Positions 39,561-50,345 are shown, numbered from the whole stretch's first letter. The stretch: 60,999 nucleotides of DNA, filler included, from 5 parts of 5 records of this genome joined end to end with filler, not necessarily neighbours in it; one strand, 5' to 3'. Translations and numbers: made by a program. The notes: generated by a model not told the origin, from the sequence alone.

Positions 39561-41978
39561 TTAGCTAGTTTTATGGATGAAATACCTGAATTTAAAAGAG
39601 AAGCTACGCCCCGGTTTTTGCAAAGAAAAATTATCATACAACTTGGCATCGAGAAGGTTTTTACAGTCAAACGACAAGTTATATCGTCCTTTTTTCCAGG
39701 AATACACCACCCCAAAATCATGACTCCATTGGGTATCAATTTTATCTGCCGCAGCATAAGTCCCCCAGTCGTTTGCAAACTCATGAATAAACTGCAGATT
39801 ATAGCGAAAACTTAGTTTACTTTGTGGCAGCCATTTGTTTTTTAGAAAGTAAGCCGCATCTGCATTCCCGAAAAAATTAGGTTGATTAGGTACAATTGCT
39901 TTGTAATAGGTGTTGTAGTTCTCCGTATCAAAATTCATTGGCTTCTGGTAAGATAGGTTTCCTCCACAAGTAAACTTATCGCCATAGGAATATCGGATTT
40001 CTGCATCGATACCCGGTGTTTTTATGTTGGATATATTTTCATAGGACTCTTCCGCATCAGACATATCTACATTTCGTTTAATAAAATCTTTGGTATTGCG
40101 ATAAAATAGATTCACATCCATACTTAAATGATGTTGTGTATTCAATTGTCTGTTAAGATGTACCCCCAAATTAAAGTTGTTGCTTGCTTCTGGTTTTAAA
40201 CTAATATTGGTTACATAATTGGTAAACACCGTCCCAAACAATTCTTCACTTACCGGTAATCTACAAGTCAATTCATAATTGGCTTTCACCTGTAAAAAAG
40301 GTTTTATAAAATAAGTTGTAGCAAAGCCATATCCCCATCTTGAATCATCCATTGAAACCTGCTGGTAATTTTCCACATTAGCTACATTTACATTCATAAA
40401 AGCAGAAGCATGATAATTGTATCGTTTGCTAAAAATGCTTGTACTAAACTTATCGTCCCAATCACTTTTCAGACCTATTCCAACTATGTTTTTATTGTTC
40501 ACTCTGGGATATTGATTCATTCTGTCATCTGTATCCAGAATATTATCCCCTTCACGAGAAAAGAAAGTGCTTATATGGTTGATGGTAAAGCGATGAACAG
40601 GTGAGAAATGATAATTAAGATTGGTATTAATCGTTCCATTATTGTCCTTAAAACGATAATCAGATGCCGGATTCACCTCTCCTTTTGATGGAGATAATCT
40701 TCGCTGGCCCAGCCAATTGTATTCCCAATAAGTAGTATCGATATTATGACCTTCTCCTAAATTAAAATTAGCCGATAGTCTAAGATCCAGATTATCTATA
40801 ATTAAATCATGCTTTGAATATAAAACGGATGGCATACTGGTATTAGTGGTAAATACTTTATCACCATATACAATATTAATATATGCCGGATGTTGAATTT
40901 CACTATACTCCTGACCAATTGTAAACCCAAACAGTAGCTGATCTGCAAATGATTTATTCACCAATCCTGCTTTCACAATGGCTGTTTCATTATGATAGGT
41001 ATCATGAAAGCGCCGCACTCTTTGAGGATCAGTATATAATCTGGTTTCAAAGTCTAATACCTCCACATCATCCACCCAATAGTTATTATCTGAGTAGTTT
41101 TGGTAAGCGCTTAACTGAACTGTTAAACCTTTTTTTGAAGTGTGACCGGCATTTACATATGTTTTATGCGAATTAAAAGATCCATAGGAATAAGATGCAT
41201 CTATATACGAGCCTTGCATGTTTTTTGTAACGAAATTAACTGCTCCACCTAAAGCATCAGAACCAAACTGAATAGGAACAACTCCTTTGTACACCTCTAC
41301 TCTATCTACCATATTAACAGGAAGATTATTCAACTGAAAAGCTGAACTCATGGCATCCATTGGCATACCGTCAATAAAAAAGCGAACATGACGACCACTC
41401 AAGCCATTTATTGTAACATTGGTACGAGAACCTAATCCTCCCTCCTGTTGTATCTTAACGCCGGGAACTCTTCCCAGTATTTGGGTCATATCCACCGTTG
41501 CATTGTGATAAGGTTTGGCATCAATAGCCACAGCGTTAAACCCCGACTCCTGAATCTCTGTTATCTTAGATTTTCCAACAATCATCACATCGTCCATGGC
41601 AAAAGCAGGATCAGCTTCCATAATAACATTGGGGATATTATAAGTTGGATTCTCCGGATCAATGGCTACTTCCTTTTTCAAAAAGCCAACCATTGAGTAA
41701 ACAATCGTTTTTTCGCCCGGCTGCAATGTTAATTGGTAAGCACCATTAATATCAGTATTGGTAGCATTATTCGAATACTTTTGATACACTATAGCATTTA
41801 CAATAGGCTCTCCTTCTTTATCCACTACTTTGCCTTCTACCCAAATATTTTGTCCAATCAGGGTATTGCCTATCAGTACATGTATAGCAAATACTAAAAG
41901 CAGTTTAAGTTTTGATACATGCTTCCTTTGATCGCATTTCATCACGTTCTCTCTTTCTCTATCCACATTCACAACCAT
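39561..41978 (-). CDS. TonB-dependent receptor (XusA-like)
   Basis: N-terminal carboxypeptidase-like domain; RVEVYKGVVP..GSDALGGAVN plug; YDNFSLQKPGR...FRYF terminus. Confidence 0.92.
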   Translation of the reverse strand: MVVNVDRERENVMKCDQRKHVSKLKLLLVFAIHVLIGNTLIGQNIWVEGKVVDKEGEPIVNAIVYQKYSNNATNTDINGAYQLTLQPGEKTIVYSMVGFLKKEVAIDPENPTYNIPNVIMEADPAFAMDDVMIVGKSKITEIQESGFNAVAIDAKPYHNATVDMTQILGRVPGVKIQQEGGLGSRTNVTINGLSGRHVRFFIDGMPMDAMSSAFQLNNLPVNMVDRVEVYKGVVPIQFGSDALGGAVNFVTKNMQGSYIDASYSYGSFNSHKTYVNAGHTSKKGLTVQLSAYQNYSDNNYWVDDVEVLDFETRLYTDPQRVRRFHDTYHNETAIVKAGLVNKSFADQLLFGFTIGQEYSEIQHPAYINIVYGDKVFTTNTSMPSVLYSKHDLIIDNLDLRLSANFNLGEGHNIDTTYWEYNWLGQRRLSPSKGEVNPASDYRFKDNNGTINTNLNYHFSPVHRFTINHISTFFSREGDNILDTDDRMNQYPRVNNKNIVGIGLKSDWDDKFSTSIFSKRYNYHASAFMNVNVANVENYQQVSMDDSRWGYGFATTYFIKPFLQVKANYELTCRLPVSEELFGTVFTNYVTNISLKPEASNNFNLGVHLNRQLNTQHHLSMDVNLFYRNTKDFIKRNVDMSDAEESYENISNIKTPGIDAEIRYSYGDKFTCGGNLSYQKPMNFDTENYNTYYKAIVPNQPNFFGNADAAYFLKNKWLPQSKLSFRYNLQFIHEFANDWGTYAAADKIDTQWSHDFGVVYSWKKGRYNLSFDCKNLLDAKLYDNFSLQKPGRSFSFKFRYFIHKTS

Positions 41979-41981
41979 AAC

Positions 41982-43085
41982 CTAAACTTGTAATGATATT
42001 TTCCTTTTTCTAATTCTGCTCCACCACATATAAAAACCGGTTACAGGTAAAGTACTTCCGACCAATCCACCTAGAAATACAATAATTTTCCCCCATATAC
42101 CCCAATAGGTTCCCATATGCAAGGACCAATAGATATTCTCAATGTTTTCTGTTTTAACGACCTCCTCAGGAATTTCTATTACCTCACCACTATACCTGTC
42201 GAACATACTGTATTGAGGTGCATAGCGGCTTTTTAAACCGGTTTTATCGGAAGCAATCATATGATAGTACCCCTGTTTTTCCAGTAAAAAAGTATAAACC
42301 TGCACTTCTTTTTTATCAGGGTAACGCTCGTAATTAGCTTCAATAGCCTTATTCAAAGGATAGGATGTCACTGCCAAGGTATCTTTCTTAGGTAATGTTT
42401 TTTCCCAAACTTGAGTTGGATCTCCACCAAAACTTTTTTGGGTGATGGCAGCAAAAGGCTTAAAAGCAATCATGAGTCCTGTAACGCACAATAAAAGCAA
42501 TAAACACGAAGCGTAAAAGCCAAGCACAATATGCAAGTCACGGTTTATCCTATTCCATGTAGTTTTTAGCTTTATTTTAAATGCCCCATTTACATGCTTT
42601 TTACTCCATGATTTAGGCCACCATAAAATCATACCGGTGATTATAAGAACCAGAAAGATGAGCACTGCAATATCAATTATCCACTGACCGGTTTCATGCA
42701 GCATCAGTTCATTGTGTAAATGTGCCGTGATGTAAAAGAAATTAATAGTTGTGTCATCTTTTAATACCGCTCCAGTATATGGATCTACATAAACCATTCT
42801 TAAACCTTTTCCCGGTTCAAACATATTGCAACGAATACTTCGTTGTGGATCTTTATAAGTGACCACATAAAAAGGTTTTCTTCTTTCAGGAAACTGCTTT
42901 TTTAGGCTTTCAACAATATCTTCAATGGCTACTTTTTCGTCCTTCACTTCCGAAACATAGCGTGCCTTTCCTGCCGAAAGCTCCATGATCTCATCTCCAA
43001 ATACAATAATGCATCCGGTTATGCACACAAACAATACAATTGGTGCTGAAATCAATCCCAGCCATAAATGTATTTTATACCACAT
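41982..43085 (-). CDS. PepSY-associated TM helix protein (XusC-like)
   Basis: HLWLGL, VDPYTG, TGMILWWP, DLHIVLG, LHMG and TGFYMWW motifs. Confidence 0.9.
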   Translation of the reverse strand: MWYKIHLWLGLISAPIVLFVCITGCIIVFGDEIMELSAGKARYVSEVKDEKVAIEDIVESLKKQFPERRKPFYVVTYKDPQRSIRCNMFEPGKGLRMVYVDPYTGAVLKDDTTINFFYITAHLHNELMLHETGQWIIDIAVLIFLVLIITGMILWWPKSWSKKHVNGAFKIKLKTTWNRINRDLHIVLGFYASCLLLLLCVTGLMIAFKPFAAITQKSFGGDPTQVWEKTLPKKDTLAVTSYPLNKAIEANYERYPDKKEVQVYTFLLEKQGYYHMIASDKTGLKSRYAPQYSMFDRYSGEVIEIPEEVVKTENIENIYWSLHMGTYWGIWGKIIVFLGGLVGSTLPVTGFYMWWSRIRKRKISLQV

Positions 43086-43162
43086 ATGATTATATTTTTT
43101 GAATTTACTGTTTGTACATCCTTTCTCATTTAATTATAGAATGAGGGTTGTCAATAACGTTT

Positions 43163-44239
43163 TTAGTAAAGTGTAGCTTTGTATAATTCCAAAGTCTTTA
43201 CCGCATCGTTTTTTTTAACTTTTTTGCAATAACGAATCACCTTATTGAGCCATATCTCCGGTGGGTACATATCAAAGCCTACATTATCTGACACCAGCTT
43301 AAAATGTTGTTGCACTATTTCGGGGTGATCGCCTACTTTTTTAACTGGTACACAATAACCCTCGAATACATATTTTAATCCACTATAAATGGCAGGTAAG
43401 GAAATGGTTCCATGATCTTCATTCTCAAAAAACGCCCATTTACTTCGCAATCCATTGGAATTGGGTTTCGTAAGAAACTGATTGCAAAAGCTTTGAATGC
43501 ATGTAGAGTGACCGAGCTTATCTTCTTCAAAAGGATCAATATTAGCCATGGCCATATATAAAGTGGTTCCTTTTAAGTTCATATTCTCCCAATTATCTAT
43601 TGCCATTTGATATACATACTTGTTATCCCACCAAATACTCGGATCAATAACGATATATGCATTAAACATTTTAGGTTGAGACAACATGGCGTATAAAGTA
43701 CAAAGTCCGCCAAAAGAATGTCCTGTCAACATACAATATCCGTTTGTTCGATATTGATCCTTTATGTATGGTTTTAACTCCTGATGAATAAACTGAAGAA
43801 ACTGATCTGCTCCACCGCTAGTGGTGTGAATTTTCTGACCAGTATGCATCACAAATCCATTGGTGGGTGTTAAGTCTCGTGATCGGTCGGTATTGGTAAT
43901 CCCAACAATAATCATCTCAGGCATGTAATTATACATTCCACCAGAAAGCGCCTCCTGAGCGGCAATGGGATAATAAAACTGCCAGTCTCCATCCAGCAAG
44001 TACATCACCGGATAATGGGCAGGTTTTGTTGTAGTATCATTGTAACTTTGAGGTAGGTGAACCCAAACTTCGCGTTCCTCATTTAATACCTTGGAATGAA
44101 TACTTACTTTATTTCCTACCTGTATTTTCTGAGAGAAACACAGGTTAGCAAGCATCAAATTTATAACTAACAATAAATGTATCTTTATTGAGTACCCTTT
44201 AAAAGAGTTAAGCTTTTTATAAAAAAAATTTATTGTCAT
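43163..44239 (-). CDS. IroE/BesA-like alpha/beta-hydrolase esterase
   Basis: YPVMYLLDG, RSRDLTP, SGGADQF, GHSFGG, DPSIWW and EDH motifs. Confidence 0.87.
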   Translation of the reverse strand: MTINFFYKKLNSFKGYSIKIHLLLVINLMLANLCFSQKIQVGNKVSIHSKVLNEEREVWVHLPQSYNDTTTKPAHYPVMYLLDGDWQFYYPIAAQEALSGGMYNYMPEMIIVGITNTDRSRDLTPTNGFVMHTGQKIHTTSGGADQFLQFIHQELKPYIKDQYRTNGYCMLTGHSFGGLCTLYAMLSQPKMFNAYIVIDPSIWWDNKYVYQMAIDNWENMNLKGTTLYMAMANIDPFEEDKLGHSTCIQSFCNQFLTKPNSNGLRSKWAFFENEDHGTISLPAIYSGLKYVFEGYCVPVKKVGDHPEIVQQHFKLVSDNVGFDMYPPEIWLNKVIRYCKKVKKNDAVKTLELYKATLY

Positions 44240-44662
44240 CTGTTATCCTTCTCCTATTTGAAATATCATCAGCGCCTTGCTTATGTTTTAAACTAAAATA
44301 AAAAGACCTCTGAATACATTACAAAACTATAGTAGGCTTACTGATAGGGCAATCACTAATAATTATGAAGCTATTTAAACAGAATTACCTATTTATGGGG
44401 ATTGATAATAGAATATTAAAGAATAAGAACCCTTAAATAAATGACCATACATCTAAAATAGTCTTATTCTATCCCAATTTATGATTACTTACATGTAGTT
44501 GTTAAAGTGATTTCTGAGAACAAGTGCAAGCTATACAGATATAAGTAGTATGATATATTCTGCACTTACACATAGAAAATTAATTATCGTATAAACAAAA
44601 AATCTGCTTGCAGGTAACGAACATTACCCACAAGCAGATATAACTCCCAAATCACCTATTAA

Positions 44663-45242
44663 TTATTTCAATGCCGCTTTAACAGCTTCTGCTAATGACG
44701 TTGTTGGTCTTTTAATTAAAGTTGACAATTGCTTTTCTTCATCATACAAATCACCTTTTGACACTCCGGTATCCCAACTGGCAATAGCATCTGCAAAACC
44801 TTCTGGTAGACCAATACTTTTAAGAATTGCTGCATACTCTCCTTCTGGCAGATTGTTATAAGGAATTTCCTTTCCGCTTTGCTTGCTTATTTCCGCTGCT
44901 AACTCAGATAAAGTATAAGCCTCGTCTCCTGATAATTCATAAACCTTACCTTTATGACTTTCGTCAGAAAGAACAACGGCTGCCGCTTCGGCATAATCAG
45001 CTCTGGTTGCTGATGAAATTTTGCCATCACCTGCACTACCAACAAAAGCTCCTGCTCCTAATGCTCCCTCAATTGAAGCAGTATAATTTTCGGTATACCA
45101 ACCATTTCTCAGAATCGTATAATCAATTCCTGACTCTTTTAGCGCTTGCTCTGTAGCTAAATGCTCTCCAGCCAAATTAAGCGATGATGTATCGGCATGT
45201 AATAAACTGGTGTAAACAATCCATTGTACACCTGCTTTTTTA
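44663..45242 (-). CDS. NmrA-like NAD(P)H:quinone oxidoreductase (QorB/YtfG-like), 5'-truncated
   Basis: GVQWIVYTSLLHAD, ILRNGWYTEN and ATRADYAEAAA motifs; frame open up to the gap. Confidence 0.87.
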
Positions 45243-45342
45243 NNNNNNNNNNNNNNNNNNNNNNNNNNNNNNNNNNNNNNNNNNNNTTAATTAATTAANN
45301 NNNNNNNNNNNNNNNNNNNNNNNNNNNNNNNNNNNNNNNNNN
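45243..45342. other. Artificial contig spacer
   Basis: N-run/TTAATTAATTAA/N-run. Confidence 0.98.
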
Positions 45343-45545
45343 ACGCCGGGGAATACGTCATGAAAGTAGTGAAAACCGGCCGAGTGACTCCCGTGCTCAG
45401 GGTCCCCTTCTACTTTGTCATTATCTGGGCGCCGGTCGGCCTGGTTATGGGCGCTGTCCAGTACTTTCTTACCTTTATAAAAAATCTGACCAGCAAGGAA
45501 GTCTGGTTGTCCTACGAAGAAAAAACCGAATACAAGGAACTTTAA
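45343..45545 (+). CDS. TRAP transporter small permease (DctQ), C-terminal part
   Basis: GRVTPVLRVPFY...QYFLTFIKNL; lies upstream of DctM. Confidence 0.75.
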
Positions 45546-45743
45546 ACTGTTCATGGATATAGATGTGGTTCAGGCGTTCTTACATGCTGATTATTTGCTT
45601 TTGACCGGATTCGATCAACCGGATCGGAAAAAGACTGGAGTCCTCCCGTCTTTTTCGTCCCGGCCGGCGCCGGCGGCTCATGACGCGACAGCGATTGACG
45701 GCCGCCGGGACGGACGCATGAACCATTCGGGGAGGGTTACATT

Positions 45744-47027
45744 ATGTTGATTTTTATGCTGGCAATAATGATCGTGCTGCTTATCGTGGGTTTTCCAATG
45801 ATGGCGCCGGTTATTGTCGGTCCTATTACCGTTATGAAAGCTAATTATTCAGCTATCAGCCTGTCGCTGCTTATCCAGCAGATGATCAGCGGGGTTCGCA
45901 TGATGTCGTTGATCGCCATTCCGCTTTTCATATTTGCGGCGGGCATCATGACCAAGGGCACCACGGCCAATCGCCTGATCGATGTTGTGCTCAGTTTTAT
46001 TCAGCATATGCGCGGCGGCTGCGCCATAGCCACTTCCGGCGCGTGTACGTTGTTCGGGTCCATATCCGGTTCAACCCAGGCCACGGTCGTGGCCATGGGG
46101 CAGCCTCTTTTACCGAGGTTAATGCAGAACGGGTACAGCAGTTCCCATTCCATGGCCCTGATCATCAACGCCAGCGACATCGCCCTGTTGATTCCGCCCA
46201 GCATCGGCATGATTCTTTACGGCGTGGTCACGGGCAATTCAGTCGGCGAACTGTTTATCGCCGGCATCGGCCCCGGCCTTATGATTTTCAGCCTTTTCGC
46301 CATTTTCAGCTACGTTTATTCAAGGGTTTATAATATTCCCGTGGAAAATAAAACGACCTGGGGCGAAAGATGGACGGCAGTCAAAAGAGCCCTGCCGGCC
46401 CTGGGGTTCCCGATTCTGGTTATCGGCGGAATCTATTCCGGAATTTTCAGCCCCAACGAAGCAGCCGGCGCCAGCATCTTATACGCCCTTATACTTGAAG
46501 TCCTCATTTACAGGTCGGTCAAGATCAAGGACATACCGCAGATCGCTCTGGAAACCGGCATTGTCACCGCCGTCGTCTTCATTCTCATCGGCGTGGGCGC
46601 CGCGTTTTCCTGGCTAGTGACCTTTGCCAGAATTCCGAACGCCATCCTGCCCATTGTTTTCGGTGAAAACCCAAGCACTCTTTATACACTGTTCATTATC
46701 ACCCTGGCGTATTTCGCGGCCTGTATGTTTATCGACAACCTGGTAGTCATCATGGTGCTCACGCCTGTGCTTTACCCGATCGCCATGAAAGCGGGCGTAG
46801 ATCCGATCGCCCTGGGCGTCATCGTCACCCTGCAGGCTGCCATCGGTTCAGCCACGCCGCCGTTCGGATGCGATATTTTCACGGCCATCGCCATATTCCG
46901 ACGACCTTATCTTGAAGTCATCCGATCGACGCCGCCTTTTATTGTCATCCTATTCATGTCGTCGTTCCTGGTGATCTTTTTCCCGCAGATCGCCCTGTTC
47001 ATCCGCGACATGGCGTACGGATACTGA
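45744..47027 (+). CDS. TRAP transporter large permease (DctM)
   Basis: LIAIPLFIFA, FGSISGS, LLIPPSI, GGIYSGIFSPNEA and TPPFG motifs. Confidence 0.93.
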   Translation: MLIFMLAIMIVLLIVGFPMMAPVIVGPITVMKANYSAISLSLLIQQMISGVRMMSLIAIPLFIFAAGIMTKGTTANRLIDVVLSFIQHMRGGCAIATSGACTLFGSISGSTQATVVAMGQPLLPRLMQNGYSSSHSMALIINASDIALLIPPSIGMILYGVVTGNSVGELFIAGIGPGLMIFSLFAIFSYVYSRVYNIPVENKTTWGERWTAVKRALPALGFPILVIGGIYSGIFSPNEAAGASILYALILEVLIYRSVKIKDIPQIALETGIVTAVVFILIGVGAAFSWLVTFARIPNAILPIVFGENPSTLYTLFIITLAYFAACMFIDNLVVIMVLTPVLYPIAMKAGVDPIALGVIVTLQAAIGSATPPFGCDIFTAIAIFRRPYLEVIRSTPPFIVILFMSSFLVIFFPQIALFIRDMAYGY

Positions 47028-47174
47028 TGACGCAAGGATTTTACAATGAACCTGTTGGAAGCGGCTCCGGTTAAAAATGATGAATATGATCCACACTGGA
47101 ATATTCGGACCGCTTTCAGAATAAGATTATTCAATACTTTTATAGCATTTTAGTGTTTCCAAGCCGGGAAACCC

Positions 47175-48089
47175 ATGGAGGAATTCATGTCTAAATACAT
47201 ACACGCCGTCCCGAATTTCAGCGACGGAAAAAGAAAAGAAGTTATAGAAGCCGTTGTCGGCCAATTGCGCGATGTTGAAGGCGTAAAACTGATCGATTAT
47301 TTTCCTGACGCCAACTTTAACCGCACGGTTATCGAAGTCGTCGGAAGACCCGAACCGCTTAAACAAGCCCTGCTCAACATGGCCGCCAAATCCTACGAAC
47401 TGATCAATATGGAAGAACAGAGCGGCGATCATCCCCGCATAGGCGCCCAGGACACGATTCCACTTTTCCCCCTGGCCAATATCAGCCTGGAAGAATGCGT
47501 GGAACTGGCCGAAGAAATCGGCCAGGAAATATATGAACGTTTTAACGTTCCGGTCTTCTTTACCGGTGAAAACGCCAGAACGCCGGAAAGGAAAAGCCTG
47601 GATTACATTCGCAAGGGACAATACGAAGGTCTGAAGGAGGCCGCTCACCTGCCGGAGCGCGCTCCGGACATCGGCCCGGCCGCCCTGCATTCAACTGCAG
47701 GCGCAACCATCGTCAGCGCGGCGCCCACTGGCCTGGTCGCGGTTAACATCATTTTAGGGACCAATGACCTGAGCATCGCCAAAAAGATCGCCAAAGCCGT
47801 GCGAGGACCAAGCGGCGGTTTTTCCACTATCCGTTCCATTGGCCTGGCCTTTGAAGAACGGAACCAGGTTGCGGTTTCCATGAACATGTTTGATACGAAC
47901 AACACCCCGATTTTCAGGGCCTTCAACCTTGTGAAAGACGAAGCCGACCGGTACGGCGTTCCAGTCGTCGGCACGGAAATCATCGGCTGTCTGCCCCAGG
48001 AAGCATTGATCAACTGCGCCGAATACTTCCTGAGGCTGGAAAACTTCAACCGCGACCAGATTATAGAAAACCACATGGTCGGCCTTTAG
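47175..48089 (+). CDS. ftcD: Glutamate formimidoyltransferase (FTCD N-terminal domain family; start likely 47187)
   Basis: VPNFSDG, HPRIGA.D, IRKGQYEGL, QVAVSMN and EIIG motifs. Confidence 0.88.
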   Translation: MEEFMSKYIHAVPNFSDGKRKEVIEAVVGQLRDVEGVKLIDYFPDANFNRTVIEVVGRPEPLKQALLNMAAKSYELINMEEQSGDHPRIGAQDTIPLFPLANISLEECVELAEEIGQEIYERFNVPVFFTGENARTPERKSLDYIRKGQYEGLKEAAHLPERAPDIGPAALHSTAGATIVSAAPTGLVAVNIILGTNDLSIAKKIAKAVRGPSGGFSTIRSIGLAFEERNQVAVSMNMFDTNNTPIFRAFNLVKDEADRYGVPVVGTEIIGCLPQEALINCAEYFLRLENFNRDQIIENHMVGL

Positions 48090-48171
48090 ATAGCGCCTGC
48101 CGCCGAATTACGGAATGAACCGGCCTCTGATTCGCCGGTTCCGGGCGGCGGCAGCGTGCGGAGGACTGAAT

Positions 48172-49140
48172 ATGAGCGAGTTTAATTATGATGAGGGAAG
48201 GCTGAATCTGCCCTTTGTCGGACATTGCACCTTCGCCAAGGCGCCTGTTTGCCTTGACTGGAAAAATATTGACGCGGACCTGGCGGTTATAGGTGTACCG
48301 AATGATATGGGGCTGCAGTATCGTTCCGGCGCCAGGTTCGGGCCCCGGGCCATTCGTGAAGCATCCACACTGTTTTCTTTTGGTCACGGCGGTGCGTACG
48401 ATCATGAAGACGACGCCACATACCTGACGGAAGACCAGGTCAAAATCGTCGACGTGGGCGACGCCGACATCATTCACACGGATATGGAAACGAGCCACGC
48501 CAATACGGAATACGCGGTCAGAACTATCCTTGAATCCAACGCCATGCCCCTGATTCTCGGCGGCGACCATTCCATAACCGCGCCCTGCGTAAAGGCGTTC
48601 GACAGGCAAGGCCCCATCCATATCGTGCACTTTGACGCGCACATCGACTTTGTCGACGTTCGTCACGGCGTGCGCTACGGTCATGGCAACCCGATCCGCA
48701 GGGCTTCGGAACAGGCAAACGTCACCGGCATCACCCAACTGGGCATCCGCAATGTGTCTTCTTCAAATCGCAAGGATTATGAAGACGCCCGAAAAGCCGG
48801 ATGCGACATTATGTCGGTCAGGAAAATTCGCGGCATGGGCAAGGAAGCGGTGTTGGAACAAATTCCGTCCGGCGCCGATTATTATATTACCATGGACATA
48901 GACTGCTTTGATCCGTCCATCGCCCCGGGAACCGGCACCCCCAGCCACGGCGGTTTCATTTATTATGAAGTTTTGGAACTGCTGCAGGGTCTGTCGAAAC
49001 AGGGCAACATCATCGGCATGGACCTGGTGGAAGTTTCCCCGCCGTACGACCCGGCCGGCATTACATCCATACTGGCCGCCCAGGTGCTGATGAATGCGGT
49101 TGGATTCATCTTTTATGAAAGAGCCAAAAAGGCCGGATGA
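48172..49140 (+). CDS. Agmatinase/ureohydrolase (arginase family)
   Basis: GARFGPRAIR, GGDHS, DAHID and DIDCFDP..APGTGTP motifs; GGAGG RBS before ATG at 48172. Confidence 0.9.
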   Translation: MSEFNYDEGRLNLPFVGHCTFAKAPVCLDWKNIDADLAVIGVPNDMGLQYRSGARFGPRAIREASTLFSFGHGGAYDHEDDATYLTEDQVKIVDVGDADIIHTDMETSHANTEYAVRTILESNAMPLILGGDHSITAPCVKAFDRQGPIHIVHFDAHIDFVDVRHGVRYGHGNPIRRASEQANVTGITQLGIRNVSSSNRKDYEDARKAGCDIMSVRKIRGMGKEAVLEQIPSGADYYITMDIDCFDPSIAPGTGTPSHGGFIYYEVLELLQGLSKQGNIIGMDLVEVSPPYDPAGITSILAAQVLMNAVGFIFYERAKKAG

Positions 49141-49152
49141 ATTTAACCTGAC

Positions 49153-49173
49153 GCCGGCGGTTTAACCGCCGGC
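49153..49173. terminator. GC-rich palindrome between convergent genes
   Basis: gccggcggtt-t-aaccgccggc. Confidence 0.55.
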
Positions 49174-49274
49174 CCCACAATCAGGCACACTCTTATCTGC
49201 TATTTATCTGGACACCCATTTTTTTACTTCTTCGGGACTGTCCGAGTCACTTGCGCCACGGATTCAAGATCATT

Positions 49275-50345
49275 TCATTCGGTCTTAATTTCCTTTTTCG
49301 GCTTCCACTTTCTGGCAAGACGTTGGGCTTCTGCGATCTGGTCCGGCGTCATATGCCGGGCAATAAGATCCCTCAAATATACTGCTCTTTCAATACCCGA
49401 TGCTGCTACCAGGTTGTACCACATATGTGCTATCACGAAGTCTTGCGGGACGCCAAAACCTCGATGGTACATGATTCCCAGGTTGTATTGGGCGCCCAGA
49501 TACCCCTGTTGCGCGGACTTGGCGTACCACTTAACAGCTTCCTTGTAATCCTGCGTGACGCCCAGGCCCTGGTAGTACATGGCTCCCGTGGAGAATTGGG
49601 CAATGGGGTCGCCCTGCTGTGCAGCTTTTTCAAACCACTTCAAGGCCTCCTCATAGTTCTGCGGGACGCCCTGGCCATTAATATTCATGACTCCCAGCAT
49701 GGCCTGGGAAGCGATATTGCCCTGTCGGGCGGCTTTTTCAAACCACTTGAAAGCCTCTTGATAGTCCTGAGAGATCCCATGACCTTTATGATACATAAAC
49801 GCCAGTTTGGATTGGGCGTCTGGAATGCCCTGTACAGCGGCTTTCGTATACCACTTCACTGCTTCCTTGTTGTTCAGGGGGGCGCTTAGGCCCATTCGAT
49901 ACATATTACCCAGTTCTAATTGGGCGTTGGGGAAGCCCTCTTCGGCAGCTTTTTCATAATATTTGAATGCCTGCTTGTCGTCTTGCCGAACGCCCAGACC
50001 GTTGCGATACATGAATCCCATCATAAATTTGGCTACGGGCAGGCCTTGCCGGGCGGCTTTGTCATACCACTTGAAGGCTTCCAGATAGTCCTTTGGAACA
50101 CCCAAGCCTTGTGCGTACATATTACCCATGTAGAATTGGGCCTCGGGATTGCCCATCGTGGCAAGTGAAAAGAAATAAATAAACGCGGTCCTGTAGTCAC
50201 CGATTTCATATGCTTTTTTAGCGTAATTAAAATCGTCAGCAAAAGCGGATGAGGCAGTCAGGAAAATGAATACCAGCACCACCGGACAACTGATTAGCCC
50301 TCTTCGGTTACACATGGCTTCCATTTTTGAATCACCCCTATCCAT
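49275..50345 (-). CDS. Secreted Sel1-repeat (SLR) protein
   Basis: Signal peptide (SSAFA-DD); about seven to eight 36-aa AQ..LG.MY..G.GV.QDY.EA.KW..KAA.QG repeats; MTPDQIAEAQ terminus. Confidence 0.92.
   Translation of the reverse strand: MDRGDSKMEAMCNRRGLISCPVVLVFIFLTASSAFADDFNYAKKAYEIGDYRTAFIYFFSLATMGNPEAQFYMGNMYAQGLGVPKDYLEAFKWYDKAARQGLPVAKFMMGFMYRNGLGVRQDDKQAFKYYEKAAEEGFPNAQLELGNMYRMGLSAPLNNKEAVKWYTKAAVQGIPDAQSKLAFMYHKGHGISQDYQEAFKWFEKAARQGNIASQAMLGVMNINGQGVPQNYEEALKWFEKAAQQGDPIAQFSTGAMYYQGLGVTQDYKEAVKWYAKSAQQGYLGAQYNLGIMYHRGFGVPQDFVIAHMWYNLVAASGIERAVYLRDLIARHMTPDQIAEAQRLARKWKPKKEIKTE

Noticed and set aside
44400-44420. TGATAATAGAATATT as a Fur box upstream of the esterase
   Set aside because: Only one half-site matches, in very AT-rich DNA.
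45553-50242. Many overlapping ORFs in contig 4 (45553-45750, 47127-47690, 48061-48738, 49251-49889 and others)
   Set aside because: Expected shadow ORFs in higher-GC DNA; they overlap better-supported genes or structured intergenic DNA.
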